The position numbers were made by a program, and so were the translations under genes. From Christensenellaceae bacterium (GTDB lineage: Bacteria; Bacillota; Clostridia; Christensenellales; Borkfalkiaceae): a stretch of 64,000 nt of DNA. Shown one piece after another: positions 52,447 through 63,423 of this stretch. The notes below the pieces were generated by a model. That model worked only from the letters and a program-made list of their open reading frames with translations. It made no database searches and was not told where the DNA came from. Each line of letters begins with the position of its first letter. The stretch's first letter is position 1. The stretch is taken from NCBI GenBank assembly GCA_045535015.1, contig JAZSKW010000010.1, positions 101,051-165,050 of the forward strand, in the 5' to 3' direction.

Positions 52447-54873
52447 ATGATTATGACAAAAAAATTTACTGTGGGCGGTATGTCTTGTTCAAACTGCGCG
52501 CTCGGCATAGAAAAGGCGGTAGGTAGGCTAAATGGTGTCAGCTCCGTTAGGGTTGCGCTTATGGATAAGTCTATGACTGTCAGCTATGACGAGGGTGCCG
52601 TTAGCGAGGAACAAATTATATCAACCGTTATAAAGCTTGGCTATACCGCTAAGCCCTATATGACAGAAAAAGCGGACGGCATAGCCCCAAAAAATGACGA
52701 TGCTAATAAACTAAAACACCGCTTTTTAGTGTCTATAATATTTTTGTTGCCACTGATGTATTTTTCAATGGGCGGTATGTTAGGTTTGCCTGTTCCGCCA
52801 CATAAAATAAACCTTATTATTCAAGCGGTTTTGGCGATAATATTAATCGTTATCAATCGCGCCTTCTATATAAATGGCACAAGAGCCGTATTGCACGGCA
52901 CGGCAAATATGGATACCTTGGTTGCACTAGGCTCGGTATCGGCATATATATACAGCCTTGTTACCCTAGTGCTTGCGTGGTGTAAAAATAGTCAGTCGCA
53001 CGCTTTTTTTGAAGCTTCCGCAATGGTTTTAACCCTCGTTACCCTCGGTAAATGGCTTGAAGAACTATCAAAAAAGCGCACGGGTGAGGAGGTGGAAAAG
53101 CTTTCTCGCCTTATCCCAGACGAAGCGACAATTCGAGTAGACGGTGTCGATAAAAAGGTTAAGTTGTCGTCAGTTGTAAAGGGGGATATACTCGTCTTTA
53201 AGGCAGGTGAATACCTTTCGGTTGACGGTGTAATAATCGAAGGTAGCGCGGGTATGGATAAATCTGCCATCACGGGCGAAAGTATGCCTGTCGAGGCCGC
53301 TGTTGGCGACTACGTTACGTCGGGCAGTATAGTTCGCTCGGGCTTTATATTAGTTAGGGCTGAAAAGGTGGGCGAGGATACACTTTTTTCAGGCATAGTT
53401 AAAATCGTAAAGGAAGCAGGCGTTAGCAGAGCCCCCTTCCAAAAGCTTGCCGACAAGGTTGCAGGGGTTTTTGTCCCCGTGGTGACGGCTATTGCTCTAA
53501 TTGTTTTTGTCGCGTGGCTGCTTATTAGTGGCAACCTATATTTAGCATTTAACTTTGGTATAAGTGTTTTGGTTATATCGTGTCCTTGCGCTTTGGGGCT
53601 AGCAACACCGGTTGCGGTAATGGCTGCAACAGGCAAGGCAGCATCGCTTGGAATACTGTTTAAGGATGCCGAAGCTTTGCAAAAGGCTTGCAAAATAAAC
53701 TGTGTGCTGTTAGATAAAACGGCAACGTTGACTGTGGGTAAACCGGTAGTTACTGTGTATAAAAATTATTCTAACGTTAGCGATAGCGACCTGTTTGCAA
53801 TCGTATCCGCTATGGAAGCAAAATCGTCCCACCCGTTAGCTGAGCCCTTAATCGAGTATTGCGGCTTGTCAAACTTCATATTAGATAGTTTTGAATATGA
53901 AACAGGCAAGGGTATAATCGCTAAAATTGACGGCGCTACTTGGACACTTGGTTTGTTTGATAAAACCGACCTGTGCGCGCAAAATGAAAGCGAAAACGAG
54001 TTTAACGGCAAAACGGTTATTCAGTTAAAAAAGGAAAATGTTTTAATAGCAGCATTTGGCTTAAATGACCAATTAAAAAAGGACAGTGCCGCAGCAATAG
54101 CCGCTCTTCACGCGCAAAAGGTAAAGACGGTTATGATTACAGGGGACAATCAAGGCTCAGCAGAGCACATTGCAAAACTTTGTGATATAGACGAGTTTAA
54201 GGCTAACGTTCTGCCGCAAGATAAGCAAAATACCGTGTTAGAATATAAGCAAAAGGGCAATTTTGTCGCAATGGTTGGCGATGGCATAAACGACAGCCCT
54301 GCATTAAAAGAGGCGGACGTTGGCATAGCAATGGGTAACGGCACCGATATCGCTATGGAAAGTGCAGACGTTATTTTGACGGGCGGCAATCTATCGGCAC
54401 TAGCTGACGTTTTAGGCGTTAGCAAAAAGTCTGTATCAATCATAAAAAGCAATCTTTTTTGGGCGTTTATTTATAATGCTTTGGCAATTCCGTTAGCAGC
54501 CGGCGCACTTTCATTTATCGGCTTTGTGTTAACCCCCACCATTGCATCGGTATGTATGTCACTTAGCTCGCTGTTTGTTGTGGGCAACGCACTAAGAATA
54601 CGCGGTTATAAAAAATCAATCGGCAAAAATACGGATAATAAAAATCCGGTTATAAAAGAGGAGAAACAATTTATGGTAGTAAAAATTAAAGGAATGATGT
54701 GCAAACATTGTGAAGGAAAGGTTTATCAAACTTTAACTTCGCTAGACGGAGTAGAAAAGGTTGAAATCAAACTCAAAAAGGGCACGGCAACAATTGAAGG
54801 CACCGTCAGCGAAGAAACTGTAAAGTCGGCAATCGAAAATGCCGGATACGAAGTGGTTAAAATTGATAAATAA
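52447..54873 (+). CDS. copA: Heavy-metal (Cu+-type) P1B ATPase with N- and C-terminal HMA domains
   Basis: GMSCSNC and GMMCKHC HMA motifs, CPC in SCPCALGLATP, DKTATLT, GDGINDSPAL. Confidence 0.9.
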   Translation: MIMTKKFTVGGMSCSNCALGIEKAVGRLNGVSSVRVALMDKSMTVSYDEGAVSEEQIISTVIKLGYTAKPYMTEKADGIAPKNDDANKLKHRFLVSIIFLLPLMYFSMGGMLGLPVPPHKINLIIQAVLAIILIVINRAFYINGTRAVLHGTANMDTLVALGSVSAYIYSLVTLVLAWCKNSQSHAFFEASAMVLTLVTLGKWLEELSKKRTGEEVEKLSRLIPDEATIRVDGVDKKVKLSSVVKGDILVFKAGEYLSVDGVIIEGSAGMDKSAITGESMPVEAAVGDYVTSGSIVRSGFILVRAEKVGEDTLFSGIVKIVKEAGVSRAPFQKLADKVAGVFVPVVTAIALIVFVAWLLISGNLYLAFNFGISVLVISCPCALGLATPVAVMAATGKAASLGILFKDAEALQKACKINCVLLDKTATLTVGKPVVTVYKNYSNVSDSDLFAIVSAMEAKSSHPLAEPLIEYCGLSNFILDSFEYETGKGIIAKIDGATWTLGLFDKTDLCAQNESENEFNGKTVIQLKKENVLIAAFGLNDQLKKDSAAAIAALHAQKVKTVMITGDNQGSAEHIAKLCDIDEFKANVLPQDKQNTVLEYKQKGNFVAMVGDGINDSPALKEADVGIAMGNGTDIAMESADVILTGGNLSALADVLGVSKKSVSIIKSNLFWAFIYNALAIPLAAGALSFIGFVLTPTIASVCMSLSSLFVVGNALRIRGYKKSIGKNTDNKNPVIKEEKQFMVVKIKGMMCKHCEGKVYQTLTSLDGVEKVEIKLKKGTATIEGTVSEETVKSAIENAGYEVVKIDK

Positions 54874-54930
54874 CAATAAACTAACTATAACTTTTATTGT
54901 CGTTAAGAAAAAATAAATATGTAATAAGCC

Positions 54931-54964
54931 AAAAACCCTCGGCTTTTTAGCCGAGGGTTTTTTC
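54931..54964 (+). terminator. Intrinsic terminator
   Basis: CCCTCGGC-loop-GCCGAGGG followed by TTTTTTT. Confidence 0.9.
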
Positions 54965-55065
54965 TTTGTTTAATACAAAAAGTTGTTATTATAACTTGAA
55001 AAAAAACACAATATATAGTAAAATAAAAGTATATAATGCAAAAATCTACTTTTTTGGAGAAGCAA

Positions 55066-57018
55066 ATGGCAAAAAGCAGTTATAAGGCAGAGGACATAAA
55101 AATTCTTGAAGGCTTAGACGCCGTTAGAACTCGTCCGGGTATGTATATCGGCACAACGAGCATAAAGGGCTTACACCATATTTTGTGGGAAATAGTCGAT
55201 AACGCTATTGACGAGGCGGCTAACGGTTTTGCTGATAGAATTGAAATTAAATTGTATAAAGACGGCAGTGCCTCGGTTGAAGATAACGGCAGAGGCATAC
55301 CTACCGACGTGCATTCAAAGGCAGGTGTGTCGGGCGTTCAGGTCGTATTTACCCAGCTGCACGCAGGCGGTAAATTTGGCAACGATAATTATAACTATTC
55401 TGGTGGTTTGCACGGCGTAGGCGCATCGGTTACCAATGCACTTTCCGAATGGCTTAAAGTAGAGGTTTATAAAAATACCATCTACTCAATGGAATTCCAC
55501 TCTTATTATGACGTAGAAAGCGGCAAGGTTAAATCGGGCATACCCGTTGCACCCCTTAAAGATACTAAGGTTAAAACTAAAAAAAGAGGCACTTTCGTTC
55601 GCTTTAAGCCTGACGCAAGGGTTTTTGAAACGGTAGTTTTTTCCGTTGAAACCATTTTAAAGCGCCTTAAAGAACTTGCTTTCCTCAACAAAGGCTTAGA
55701 AATTGACTTTTACGATGAAAATACCGACTTCCACCGCGTTTATAAATACGATGGCGGACTTGTCGATTTTGTCAAGTATCTTAACGAGGGTAAAAACACT
55801 CTTTACGGTCAGCCTTTATATGCCGTTACGCAAAAGGACGGTATTTTGGTTGAGTTTGCTATTCAGCATACCGACGCATACGTTGATAGCTTGTATTCAT
55901 ACGTAAACAATATTCCTACTGGCGAGGGCGGTATGCACGAAACGGGCTTCCGTTCTGGTCTAACGCGCGTCCTCAACGAATATGCAAGAACCCGTAATAT
56001 TCTAAAAGATAAGGACGATAACCTTCTTGGCGACGATTTTAGAGAGGGCTTGACGGCAATTATATCCGTCAAAATGAAAAACGTTCAGTTTGAAGGTCAA
56101 ATGAAAAACAAACTCGGCAACCCCGAGGCAAGACCTGCGGTAGAAGCCGTTACCGTTCAAGAGCTTTCCACTCTTATGAAGGATAAAAAGCTTTTCAAGG
56201 TGTTTGACACCATAATTGAAAAGGCTATGGGTGCAGCAAAAACTAGACTTGCCGCAAAAAAGGCAAAAGAGATTGCAAGGGCTTCAAAGAGTATCGAATC
56301 GCAAAATCTCGTTGGCAAACTTGCATCTTGCTCTGGCAGAAAACCCGAAAAAAACGAACTTTTTATCGTAGAGGGCGACTCGGCAGGTGGCAGTGCAAAG
56401 CAGGCAAGATGCCGTGAATATCAAGCGATTTTACCCTTGCGCGGAAAACCGCTTAACGTTGAAAAGAAAAAGATAGACCAAATTTTACAAAACGAAGAAA
56501 TTCGCACCATAATCAGTGCGCTCGGCACAGGTATTGGTCCCGATTTTGATTTAGAAAGCTTAAAATTCCATAAAGTAATCATACTTGCCGATGCCGACCA
56601 AGACGGCGCACATATTAGGGCAATACTGTTAACCTTCTTTTTTAGGTATATGCGCGACCTTATCAATGCAGGGCACGTTTATATAGGTATGCCACCCCTT
56701 TATAAAGTGTATAAAGGCAAAGTTGAGGAATACGCGTATGACGATAAAGAGTTGCAATCTAAGCGCGAAAAGGTGGGCAAAGGGCACGAGGTTCAACGCT
56801 ATAAAGGTCTTGGCGAAATGGACAAGGACCAGCTTTGGGAAACCACAATGAACCCCGAAACACGTTCCTTAATGCAGGTTACAATAGACGATGCGGCTGA
56901 GGCTGATAGGCTAATAACCGTTTTAATGGGTGACGAGGTCGGCGAGAGAAAGAAGTATATTTTCGAGCATGCTGATTTTAACAGAGAAGACACTTTTGCA
57001 AAAATAAAACGCAACTAA
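55066..57018 (+). CDS. parE: Type IIA topoisomerase B subunit, probably topoisomerase IV ParE
   Basis: GHKL ATPase and Toprim motifs (LEGLDAVRTRPGMYIG, EGDSAGG, DADQDGAHI). ATG 55066 lies 6 nt after GGAG. The upstream ATG 55036 overlaps a TATAAT. Confidence 0.7.
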   Translation: MAKSSYKAEDIKILEGLDAVRTRPGMYIGTTSIKGLHHILWEIVDNAIDEAANGFADRIEIKLYKDGSASVEDNGRGIPTDVHSKAGVSGVQVVFTQLHAGGKFGNDNYNYSGGLHGVGASVTNALSEWLKVEVYKNTIYSMEFHSYYDVESGKVKSGIPVAPLKDTKVKTKKRGTFVRFKPDARVFETVVFSVETILKRLKELAFLNKGLEIDFYDENTDFHRVYKYDGGLVDFVKYLNEGKNTLYGQPLYAVTQKDGILVEFAIQHTDAYVDSLYSYVNNIPTGEGGMHETGFRSGLTRVLNEYARTRNILKDKDDNLLGDDFREGLTAIISVKMKNVQFEGQMKNKLGNPEARPAVEAVTVQELSTLMKDKKLFKVFDTIIEKAMGAAKTRLAAKKAKEIARASKSIESQNLVGKLASCSGRKPEKNELFIVEGDSAGGSAKQARCREYQAILPLRGKPLNVEKKKIDQILQNEEIRTIISALGTGIGPDFDLESLKFHKVIILADADQDGAHIRAILLTFFFRYMRDLINAGHVYIGMPPLYKVYKGKVEEYAYDDKELQSKREKVGKGHEVQRYKGLGEMDKDQLWETTMNPETRSLMQVTIDDAAEADRLITVLMGDEVGERKKYIFEHADFNREDTFAKIKRN

Positions 57019-57037
57019 TCTTTACGGGGAAAACAAA

Positions 57038-59458
57038 ATGGAAAGAGAAAAAGGTTTAATACTTAATTCGATAGACGAGGTTTTGAAAAACTCGATGATA
57101 CCTTATGCGGAAAGCGTAATTTTAGACAGAGCGCTTCCTCGCGTAGAGGACGGTTTAAAGCCTGTTCAGCGCAGAATTTTATTTGCAATGTATGAAATGG
57201 GTTTAACGCCTGATAAACCGCATAAAAAGTGTGCAAAAATCGTTGGTGAATGCTTAGGTAAATATCACCCCCACGGCGACAGTTCCGTATACGGCGCACT
57301 CGTCCACTTGGCGCAAGATTTTAATATGCGTATGCCACTTGTCAACGGCCACGGCAACTTCGGCACGGTAGACGGCGACGGTGCCGCTGCGTATAGGTAT
57401 ACCGAAGCTAAGCTTGAACAACTTGCATTGGAACTGTTAAAGGACATCGACAAGGACACCGTAGATTTTGCGTTAAACTTTGACGATACTTGTAACGAGC
57501 CTAAAACCCTCCCCGGTAGATACCCAAACCTTCTTGTAAACGGTGCAACGGGTATTGCCGTTGGTCTTGCAACGAATATTCCGCCTCATAACTTAGCCGA
57601 AGTTATAAACGGCACTATTGCATATATAGACAATCCCAAAATCTCCCTTAAAGAGATGATGAAATATATTCCCGCCCCCGATTTTCCAACCGGTGGCTAT
57701 ATCGTAGTTGGTCCCGAGCTTGAAGAAGCGTATAAAACGGGCAAGGGCAAAATAAAAATTAAAGCGCGCGTCAACGTAGAAAAGGCTGACGGCGGAAAAC
57801 AAAATTTAGTTATAAGCGAGCTTCCCTATCAGGTAAATAAAGCAGAATTATTGAAAAGAATTGCCGACCTTAAAGAAGACAAAAAGGACATCTTGGGCGG
57901 TATTCAAGACGTTGTTGACGAATCTGACAGAAGTGGTATGCGTGCCGTAATTAAGTTAAGAAAGGATACTGACGCTAAGGCGATTTTGAACTATTTATAT
58001 AAAAACACCGCCTTAGAAACCTCTTTTGGTATAAATATAGTTGCCATAGCAAACGGCAAGCCCGCGCAACTTGGCTTACTTGATATTTTGGGCTATTACG
58101 TTAACTATCAGCGCAACGTAATTTTACGCCGCTCTAAATACGAGTTAGAGCAAGCAAAAGCACGTGCCCACGTCTTAGAAGGCTTAATTATAGCCGTCAA
58201 AAACATTGACGAGGTTATTAAAATAATCAAGCAGTCTGAAAATACTGCCGATGCAAGAGCAAAGCTTCGTGCTCGCTTTGATTTAAGCGAAATTCAAGCC
58301 AACGCAATTTTAGATTTGCGCCTTGCAAGATTAACCAAACTTGAAATAACCAAACTTCAAGAGGAACTTGCCGCGCTCAAAAAACTTATTGACGAGCTTA
58401 CTGCAATAGTCGGTAGCAAGGCTAAGCAAATGGACGTTGTCAAGAGAGAACTTGTTGCTATAAAGAAAAAATATGCAGATGACCGCCGTAGCCACTTAAT
58501 CAACGGTGGTGAGGCAGTTGACTACGATAAGGTAGAAAAAGAGTTAAAACAGGTTGACGACTTTGTTGTTGCGTTTACCGAGGGTAAAATGTTCAAAAAA
58601 ATGACGGAGCGCAACTTTAAGTCAAGCGATAAGTCCGTCAAAGACAACGCGCGCCCAGAGGACTTTATTAAATTTATGGTAAATGCAAGAAGCGACCAAA
58701 CCCTTTACGCCTTTACAAACCTTGGCAACGTATGCAAAATCAACCTAGAAACTGCACCCGAGTGTCGCTTCCGCGATAAAGGCTGCAAGTTTACCGAGGT
58801 TGCTCACGAAGCATTGCGCAACGAATATCCCGTGGCTTTTTATGCCGTTGACGAGGACAAAATCCCTGACGGATACTTGCTTTTCTATACCTATGACGGA
58901 TTAATTAAAAAGACAGAGTGGAAAGAGTGTATACTCTTGAAATCTTACTATCAAGTAATCAAACTTAAAGAGGGCGACATACTTGTCGGTGTTGAAACTG
59001 ACGACCCCGAATGCACCATAGCATTTATAACCGAGCAAGGTTTAGCGCTCAATGCTGTGAAAGAAGATATTCCCGTCCAAGGCAGAGTTGCCGGCGGCGT
59101 AAGGGGCATAAATCTTAACGAGGGCGATAAGATTAAACTGTTCACACAGGTAAAAGAGGATGGCGAATTCTTTATCGTAACTGATACTGGCTTCTATAAG
59201 CGCGTTCAAGTTAAGGATATAGAGCCTATGGCAAGATACCGCAAGGGCATAAAGGTTTGCGAACTTGGCGGAGTGAACAAAATTGTTTACGCAGGTTATA
59301 TAAAAGAGCCTTATAACGTTGCAGTTATCGATACTTTTGGCGTTGCATTTACCGTCAGCACGGAGGATATAACGGTAGAAAGCAGAACCAGTAAGGGCAA
59401 AACCTTAAAGAACGAAAACAAAAAACGTTACCCCGAAAAGGTGTTTAAGATTTATTAA
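57038..59458 (+). CDS. parC: Type IIA topoisomerase A subunit, probably topoisomerase IV ParC
   Basis: Active-site region AAAYRYTEAKL. I find no GyrA-box (QRRGGKG-like) in the C-terminal domain, and the locus is not next to dnaA/recF. Confidence 0.65.
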   Translation: MEREKGLILNSIDEVLKNSMIPYAESVILDRALPRVEDGLKPVQRRILFAMYEMGLTPDKPHKKCAKIVGECLGKYHPHGDSSVYGALVHLAQDFNMRMPLVNGHGNFGTVDGDGAAAYRYTEAKLEQLALELLKDIDKDTVDFALNFDDTCNEPKTLPGRYPNLLVNGATGIAVGLATNIPPHNLAEVINGTIAYIDNPKISLKEMMKYIPAPDFPTGGYIVVGPELEEAYKTGKGKIKIKARVNVEKADGGKQNLVISELPYQVNKAELLKRIADLKEDKKDILGGIQDVVDESDRSGMRAVIKLRKDTDAKAILNYLYKNTALETSFGINIVAIANGKPAQLGLLDILGYYVNYQRNVILRRSKYELEQAKARAHVLEGLIIAVKNIDEVIKIIKQSENTADARAKLRARFDLSEIQANAILDLRLARLTKLEITKLQEELAALKKLIDELTAIVGSKAKQMDVVKRELVAIKKKYADDRRSHLINGGEAVDYDKVEKELKQVDDFVVAFTEGKMFKKMTERNFKSSDKSVKDNARPEDFIKFMVNARSDQTLYAFTNLGNVCKINLETAPECRFRDKGCKFTEVAHEALRNEYPVAFYAVDEDKIPDGYLLFYTYDGLIKKTEWKECILLKSYYQVIKLKEGDILVGVETDDPECTIAFITEQGLALNAVKEDIPVQGRVAGGVRGINLNEGDKIKLFTQVKEDGEFFIVTDTGFYKRVQVKDIEPMARYRKGIKVCELGGVNKIVYAGYIKEPYNVAVIDTFGVAFTVSTEDITVESRTSKGKTLKNENKKRYPEKVFKIY

Positions 59459-59584
59459 AAATTATTGTTTATTACGTTGTTTATAACGCATGGCAATTAT
59501 ATTCTTTTATTAAATTGAAAAGCCAAAAGCATTATAAACAATAAAAAGATAATAAAACGCCAAATAATAAAAAACAAAAACAAA

Positions 59585-59624
59585 CCGCCTTGAAGTTGAC
59601 TAAAATCAACTTCAAGGCGGTTTT
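59585..59624. terminator. Bidirectional terminator
   Basis: CCGCCTTGAAGTTGA-loop-TCAACTTCAAGGCGG followed by TTTT. Confidence 0.9.
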
Positions 59625-59717
59625 GCTAAACAAAGTTTTTATATACAAATTATTTGTATGCCTTATTTTATTGTTTTTTATAGCTTTCGTATCAAATGCG
59701 TAGGTAAAGCTTATAAA

Positions 59718-60815
59718 TTAAACGTTAAAGCGGAACAAAACAACGTCGCCGTCTTTTATGACGTATTCTTTACCCTCAGAGCGCACCTTGCCTTTTTCTT
59801 TTGCTGCGTTAAAGGAGCCAAGGTCTACCAAAATATCGTAGTCAACAATCTCCGCGCGGATAAAGCCCTTTTCAAAATCGGTATGAATTTTACCGGCAGC
59901 TTGCGGAGCCTTAGTGCCTTGCTCAATAGTCCAAGCACGCACCTCTTTTTCGCCGGCAGTAAGGTAACTGATAAGTCCTAAAAGTTTATATGATTTTTTA
60001 ATAAGACGGTCAAGACCGCTCTCCGTCAAACCAAATTCCTCTAAAAACAAGGCTTGCTCGTCTTCTTCAAGAGAGGAAAGTTCCTCTTCGGTTTTTGCGC
60101 AAATAACCATACTTTCTGCGCCCTCGCTCTTAGCAAAGTCAATAACTTTCATTGCTAATGGAAGGTCAGTTTCGGGCTTGCCCATATCCTTTTCGCCAAT
60201 GTTTGCCGTGTATATAACGGGCTTTGACGTGATTAAGAAAAGGGTATTAAGATATTCTTTTTCGTCATCGGTGCAGGTGAGTGTCCTTGCGGGCTTCAAA
60301 TCGGAAAGGTGGTCAAATAACCTTTGCAAAAACTCCGCCTCAATTTTATATTTTTTGTCGCCCGTTTTGGTCATGTTGATGGCACGGTCAAGGCGCTTTT
60401 TTACACTGTCAGTATCAGCAAAAATTAACTCTAAATTTATAGTTTCAATATCTCTCAAAGGGTCTACGTCAGTATCAACGTGGGTTACGTTTTCATCCTC
60501 AAAGCAACGGACAACGTGCACGATAGCGTCAGTTTCCCTAATGTTTGCCAAAAACTTATTGCCAAGACCTTCGCCTTTGCTAGCACCCTTAACAAGCCCT
60601 GCAATATCAACAAATTCCACAACGGCAGGGGTAATTTTTTTGGTGTTGTAAAGTTTGCCAAGCACTTCAAGTCTTGCGTCAGGCACGGCAACCACGCCAA
60701 CGTTTGGCTCTATGGTGCAAAAGGGATAGTTTGCACATTCAGCCCCTGCCTTTGTAATTGCGTTAAAAAGTGTAGATTTGCCAACGTTAGGTAGACCAAC
60801 AACGCCTAATTTCAT
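59718..60815 (-). CDS. ychF: Redox-regulated ribosome-binding ATPase YchF
   Basis: MKLGVVGLPNVGKSTLFN, with TGS and C-terminal domains. ATG 60815 follows GGAGAAGG. Confidence 0.9.
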   Translation of the reverse strand: MKLGVVGLPNVGKSTLFNAITKAGAECANYPFCTIEPNVGVVAVPDARLEVLGKLYNTKKITPAVVEFVDIAGLVKGASKGEGLGNKFLANIRETDAIVHVVRCFEDENVTHVDTDVDPLRDIETINLELIFADTDSVKKRLDRAINMTKTGDKKYKIEAEFLQRLFDHLSDLKPARTLTCTDDEKEYLNTLFLITSKPVIYTANIGEKDMGKPETDLPLAMKVIDFAKSEGAESMVICAKTEEELSSLEEDEQALFLEEFGLTESGLDRLIKKSYKLLGLISYLTAGEKEVRAWTIEQGTKAPQAAGKIHTDFEKGFIRAEIVDYDILVDLGSFNAAKEKGKVRSEGKEYVIKDGDVVLFRFNV

Positions 60816-60976
60816 CTTTACCTTCTCCAAAAATGTTTTTTTGTATACTTTGACTTACATTATAATCCAAACGGCAAAAAAACACAAGTTTTTGGTTTGC
60901 CTTTTGCAAAAAAATGTGTTAATATAAAAAGCGAAGTAATTATAGTAAGTTGTTGAAGTAATTATAGAGAGATATT

Positions 60977-62659
60977 ATGGATTACAAAAGTTATATCGTA
61001 AGTAAATTAAACGTAGAGGGCATTGATACAGCGGAATTAATTTCTTTTATTGAAATTCCCCCGAATAAAGAAATGGGCGACTATGCGTTGCCTTGCTTTA
61101 AGCTTGCAAAAATTATGCATAAAGCACCGGTTAAAATTGCCGAGGAGTTAAAAAACGCATTTACTCTTGACGAAAACATTTCCTCTTGCGAGGCAATCGG
61201 TGGCTATTTAAACTTTAAGGTAAACCGCAAAGGCTTTGCAGACGGCTTGCTTAAAAAGATTATTAGCGAAAGCAATCTTTATGGCTCTGATACAATCGGT
61301 AACGGCAAAACTATCTGCATCGACTATTCTTCCGTAAACATTGCAAAGCAGTTTCATATCGGGCACTTGTCCACTACCGTTATCGGCAGTGCACTTTGCA
61401 AAATTTTCAGGTTTTTGGGATATAAGGTTGTTGGTATAAACCACCTTGGCGATTACGGCACGCAGTTTGGCAAACTTATCGTTGCATTTAAAAAATGGTC
61501 TAGTATCGAAGCTGTAAAAGAAAAGGGCTTAAAGGAATTATCCAGAATTTACGTTAAATTTCACGACGAGGCAGAGCGCGACCCCTCTCTTGACGACGAG
61601 GCAAGACGCTATTTCAAAATGATTGAAGAGGGCGACAAAGAAAGCAACTCTCTTTTCGAGCTGTTTAAGTCTATAACTTTGAAAGAGGTTGATAAAATTT
61701 ATAAGCTCTTAAACGTAACTTTTGATTCTTACGCGGGCGAAAGCTTTTATAACGATAAAATGCAACCTGTTGTTGACGAAATGCGCGAAAAGAACATTTT
61801 GAAAATTTCTGACGGCGCATCTATTGTTGATTTAGAAGAATACGGTATGCCACCTTGCTTAATTTTGAAGTCGGACGGCTCCACCTTATATGCAACACGT
61901 GACATTGCAGCCGCAGTATACCGTAAAAACACTTACAACTTTGATAAATGCTTATACGTCGTTGCATATCAGCAAAACCTACACTTTAAGCAGTTCTTTA
62001 AGGTGTTAGAGCTTATGGGCAAGCCTTGGGCAAAGGATATGGTGCACGTTGCATATGGCATGGTGTCCTTGGAAAGCGGCTCAATGAGCACACGTAAAGG
62101 TCAAGTCGTTTTGTTAGAGGACGTAATTGATAAGACCATAGAGGAAGCATATAAAGTTATCGAACAAAAAAATCCTTCTCTTCCCGATAAAGAAAACATC
62201 GCAAGGGCAGTCGGCACCGGTGCAGTTATTTTTGGTGCCCTTTGCAACAATAAAATTAAGGATATTGTTTTTAGCTATGATAGAGTTTTATCGTTTGAAG
62301 GCGAAACGTGTCCTTACGTTCAGTATACCGTTGCACGTTGCAACAGCATATTAAACAAACTTGGCGAGCCAAACGAATATTCAGACGTTGAAATGTGTGA
62401 TGCTGAATACGACGTTATTGCCGAGCTTGGCAGATTCCCCGAGATTGTTAAAGCCGCAGGCGAAAAATACGAGCCGTCATTAGTAACAAGATACGCGCTT
62501 GACCTTGCATCTGCATTTAATAAATTCTATATTGACTGCAAGATTGCAATTACTGACGAAAACACACGTAACTTCCGTTTGTCTATTGCAAAGGCTGTTA
62601 AAATCACCCTTACAAATGCGCTCACTCTACTCGGCATCGAAACGGTAGAGCAAATGTAA
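60977..62659 (+). CDS. argS: Arginine--tRNA ligase
   Basis: Class I motifs HIGH-like (FHIGHL) and KMSK-like (MSTRKG), plus a DALR anticodon-binding C-terminus. Confidence 0.95.
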   Translation: MDYKSYIVSKLNVEGIDTAELISFIEIPPNKEMGDYALPCFKLAKIMHKAPVKIAEELKNAFTLDENISSCEAIGGYLNFKVNRKGFADGLLKKIISESNLYGSDTIGNGKTICIDYSSVNIAKQFHIGHLSTTVIGSALCKIFRFLGYKVVGINHLGDYGTQFGKLIVAFKKWSSIEAVKEKGLKELSRIYVKFHDEAERDPSLDDEARRYFKMIEEGDKESNSLFELFKSITLKEVDKIYKLLNVTFDSYAGESFYNDKMQPVVDEMREKNILKISDGASIVDLEEYGMPPCLILKSDGSTLYATRDIAAAVYRKNTYNFDKCLYVVAYQQNLHFKQFFKVLELMGKPWAKDMVHVAYGMVSLESGSMSTRKGQVVLLEDVIDKTIEEAYKVIEQKNPSLPDKENIARAVGTGAVIFGALCNNKIKDIVFSYDRVLSFEGETCPYVQYTVARCNSILNKLGEPNEYSDVEMCDAEYDVIAELGRFPEIVKAAGEKYEPSLVTRYALDLASAFNKFYIDCKIAITDENTRNFRLSIAKAVKITLTNALTLLGIETVEQM

Positions 62660-62748
62660 TTGATTAAAAGTTTTTCAATAAAAAAAGCCCAAATATAACA
62701 TAACCTAACTCAAATAAACACAATATAAACATACACAAAACATAAAAT

Positions 62749-63423
62749 ATGCAAAACACCACTACCCAAAACGCTGCAAAAGCAGTCATATTTGACCTTG
62801 ACGGAACGTTGCTTGACACTGTGCGCGATATTCGTGCGTTTATCAACGTTGCAATGGAAAAATTTGGGTATCCCACCCTCGACAAGCAAAGCATCGTCCG
62901 CTTTATTGGCAACGGTTCGCGCAACCTCGTTATGCGCTGTATGGGCAAAGATGTTATCGATGCTCACGTGGAAGAAGTGCATAAATATTATAACGACGTT
63001 TACGCTTCGTCGGTTAGCCGCTTGACCGTGCCTTTCGACGGCATTAACGAGCTTTTATTAGAGCTAAAAGCGCGCGGATATAAACTGATTATCATCACCA
63101 ACAAGCCACAGCGCAATACTGATGACTTGGTCAAAGTATTTTTCAAGGATATTGGTTTTGATGCCGTTATCGGTCAACGTAACGACGTAAAATGCAAGCC
63201 AGATAAAACTGCAACACTTGCCGTCTTAAAAGAGCTTGGCGTTAGTCCGGAGCGCGCATATTTTGTGGGCGATGGCGAAACGGACGTGATTACTTCTATA
63301 AATGCAGGCACTCGCGGAATAGCGGTTCTTTGGGGATATAGAACAAAAGAGCAGCTTTTAGATGCCGGTGCCAAAGTCTTTGCCGACAAGGTAGAAGACC
63401 TTTCAACCCTAATATCCCTTTAA
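62749..63423 (+). CDS. HAD-superfamily hydrolase (phosphoglycolate phosphatase-like)
   Basis: FDLDGTLLDT, ITNK, GDGETD motifs. Confidence 0.8.
   Translation: MQNTTTQNAAKAVIFDLDGTLLDTVRDIRAFINVAMEKFGYPTLDKQSIVRFIGNGSRNLVMRCMGKDVIDAHVEEVHKYYNDVYASSVSRLTVPFDGINELLLELKARGYKLIIITNKPQRNTDDLVKVFFKDIGFDAVIGQRNDVKCKPDKTATLAVLKELGVSPERAYFVGDGETDVITSINAGTRGIAVLWGYRTKEQLLDAGAKVFADKVEDLSTLISL

Noticed and set aside
55066-59458. Calling this pair DNA gyrase (gyrB-gyrA).
   Set aside because: I could not find a GyrA-box-like motif in the C-terminal domain of the A subunit, and the locus lacks the dnaA-dnaN-recF context. parE-parC is more likely, but sequence inspection alone cannot exclude gyrase. Phylogeny would settle it.
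60831-60976. A T-box leader upstream of argS. Likewise upstream of serC at 44043-44361 and of the amino-acid ABC operon at 26979-27418.
   Set aside because: The argS intergenic region is only 146 nt. None of the three regions contains the conserved T-box sequence (…GGGTGGTACCGCG…) or a specifier-loop/terminator arrangement on either strand.
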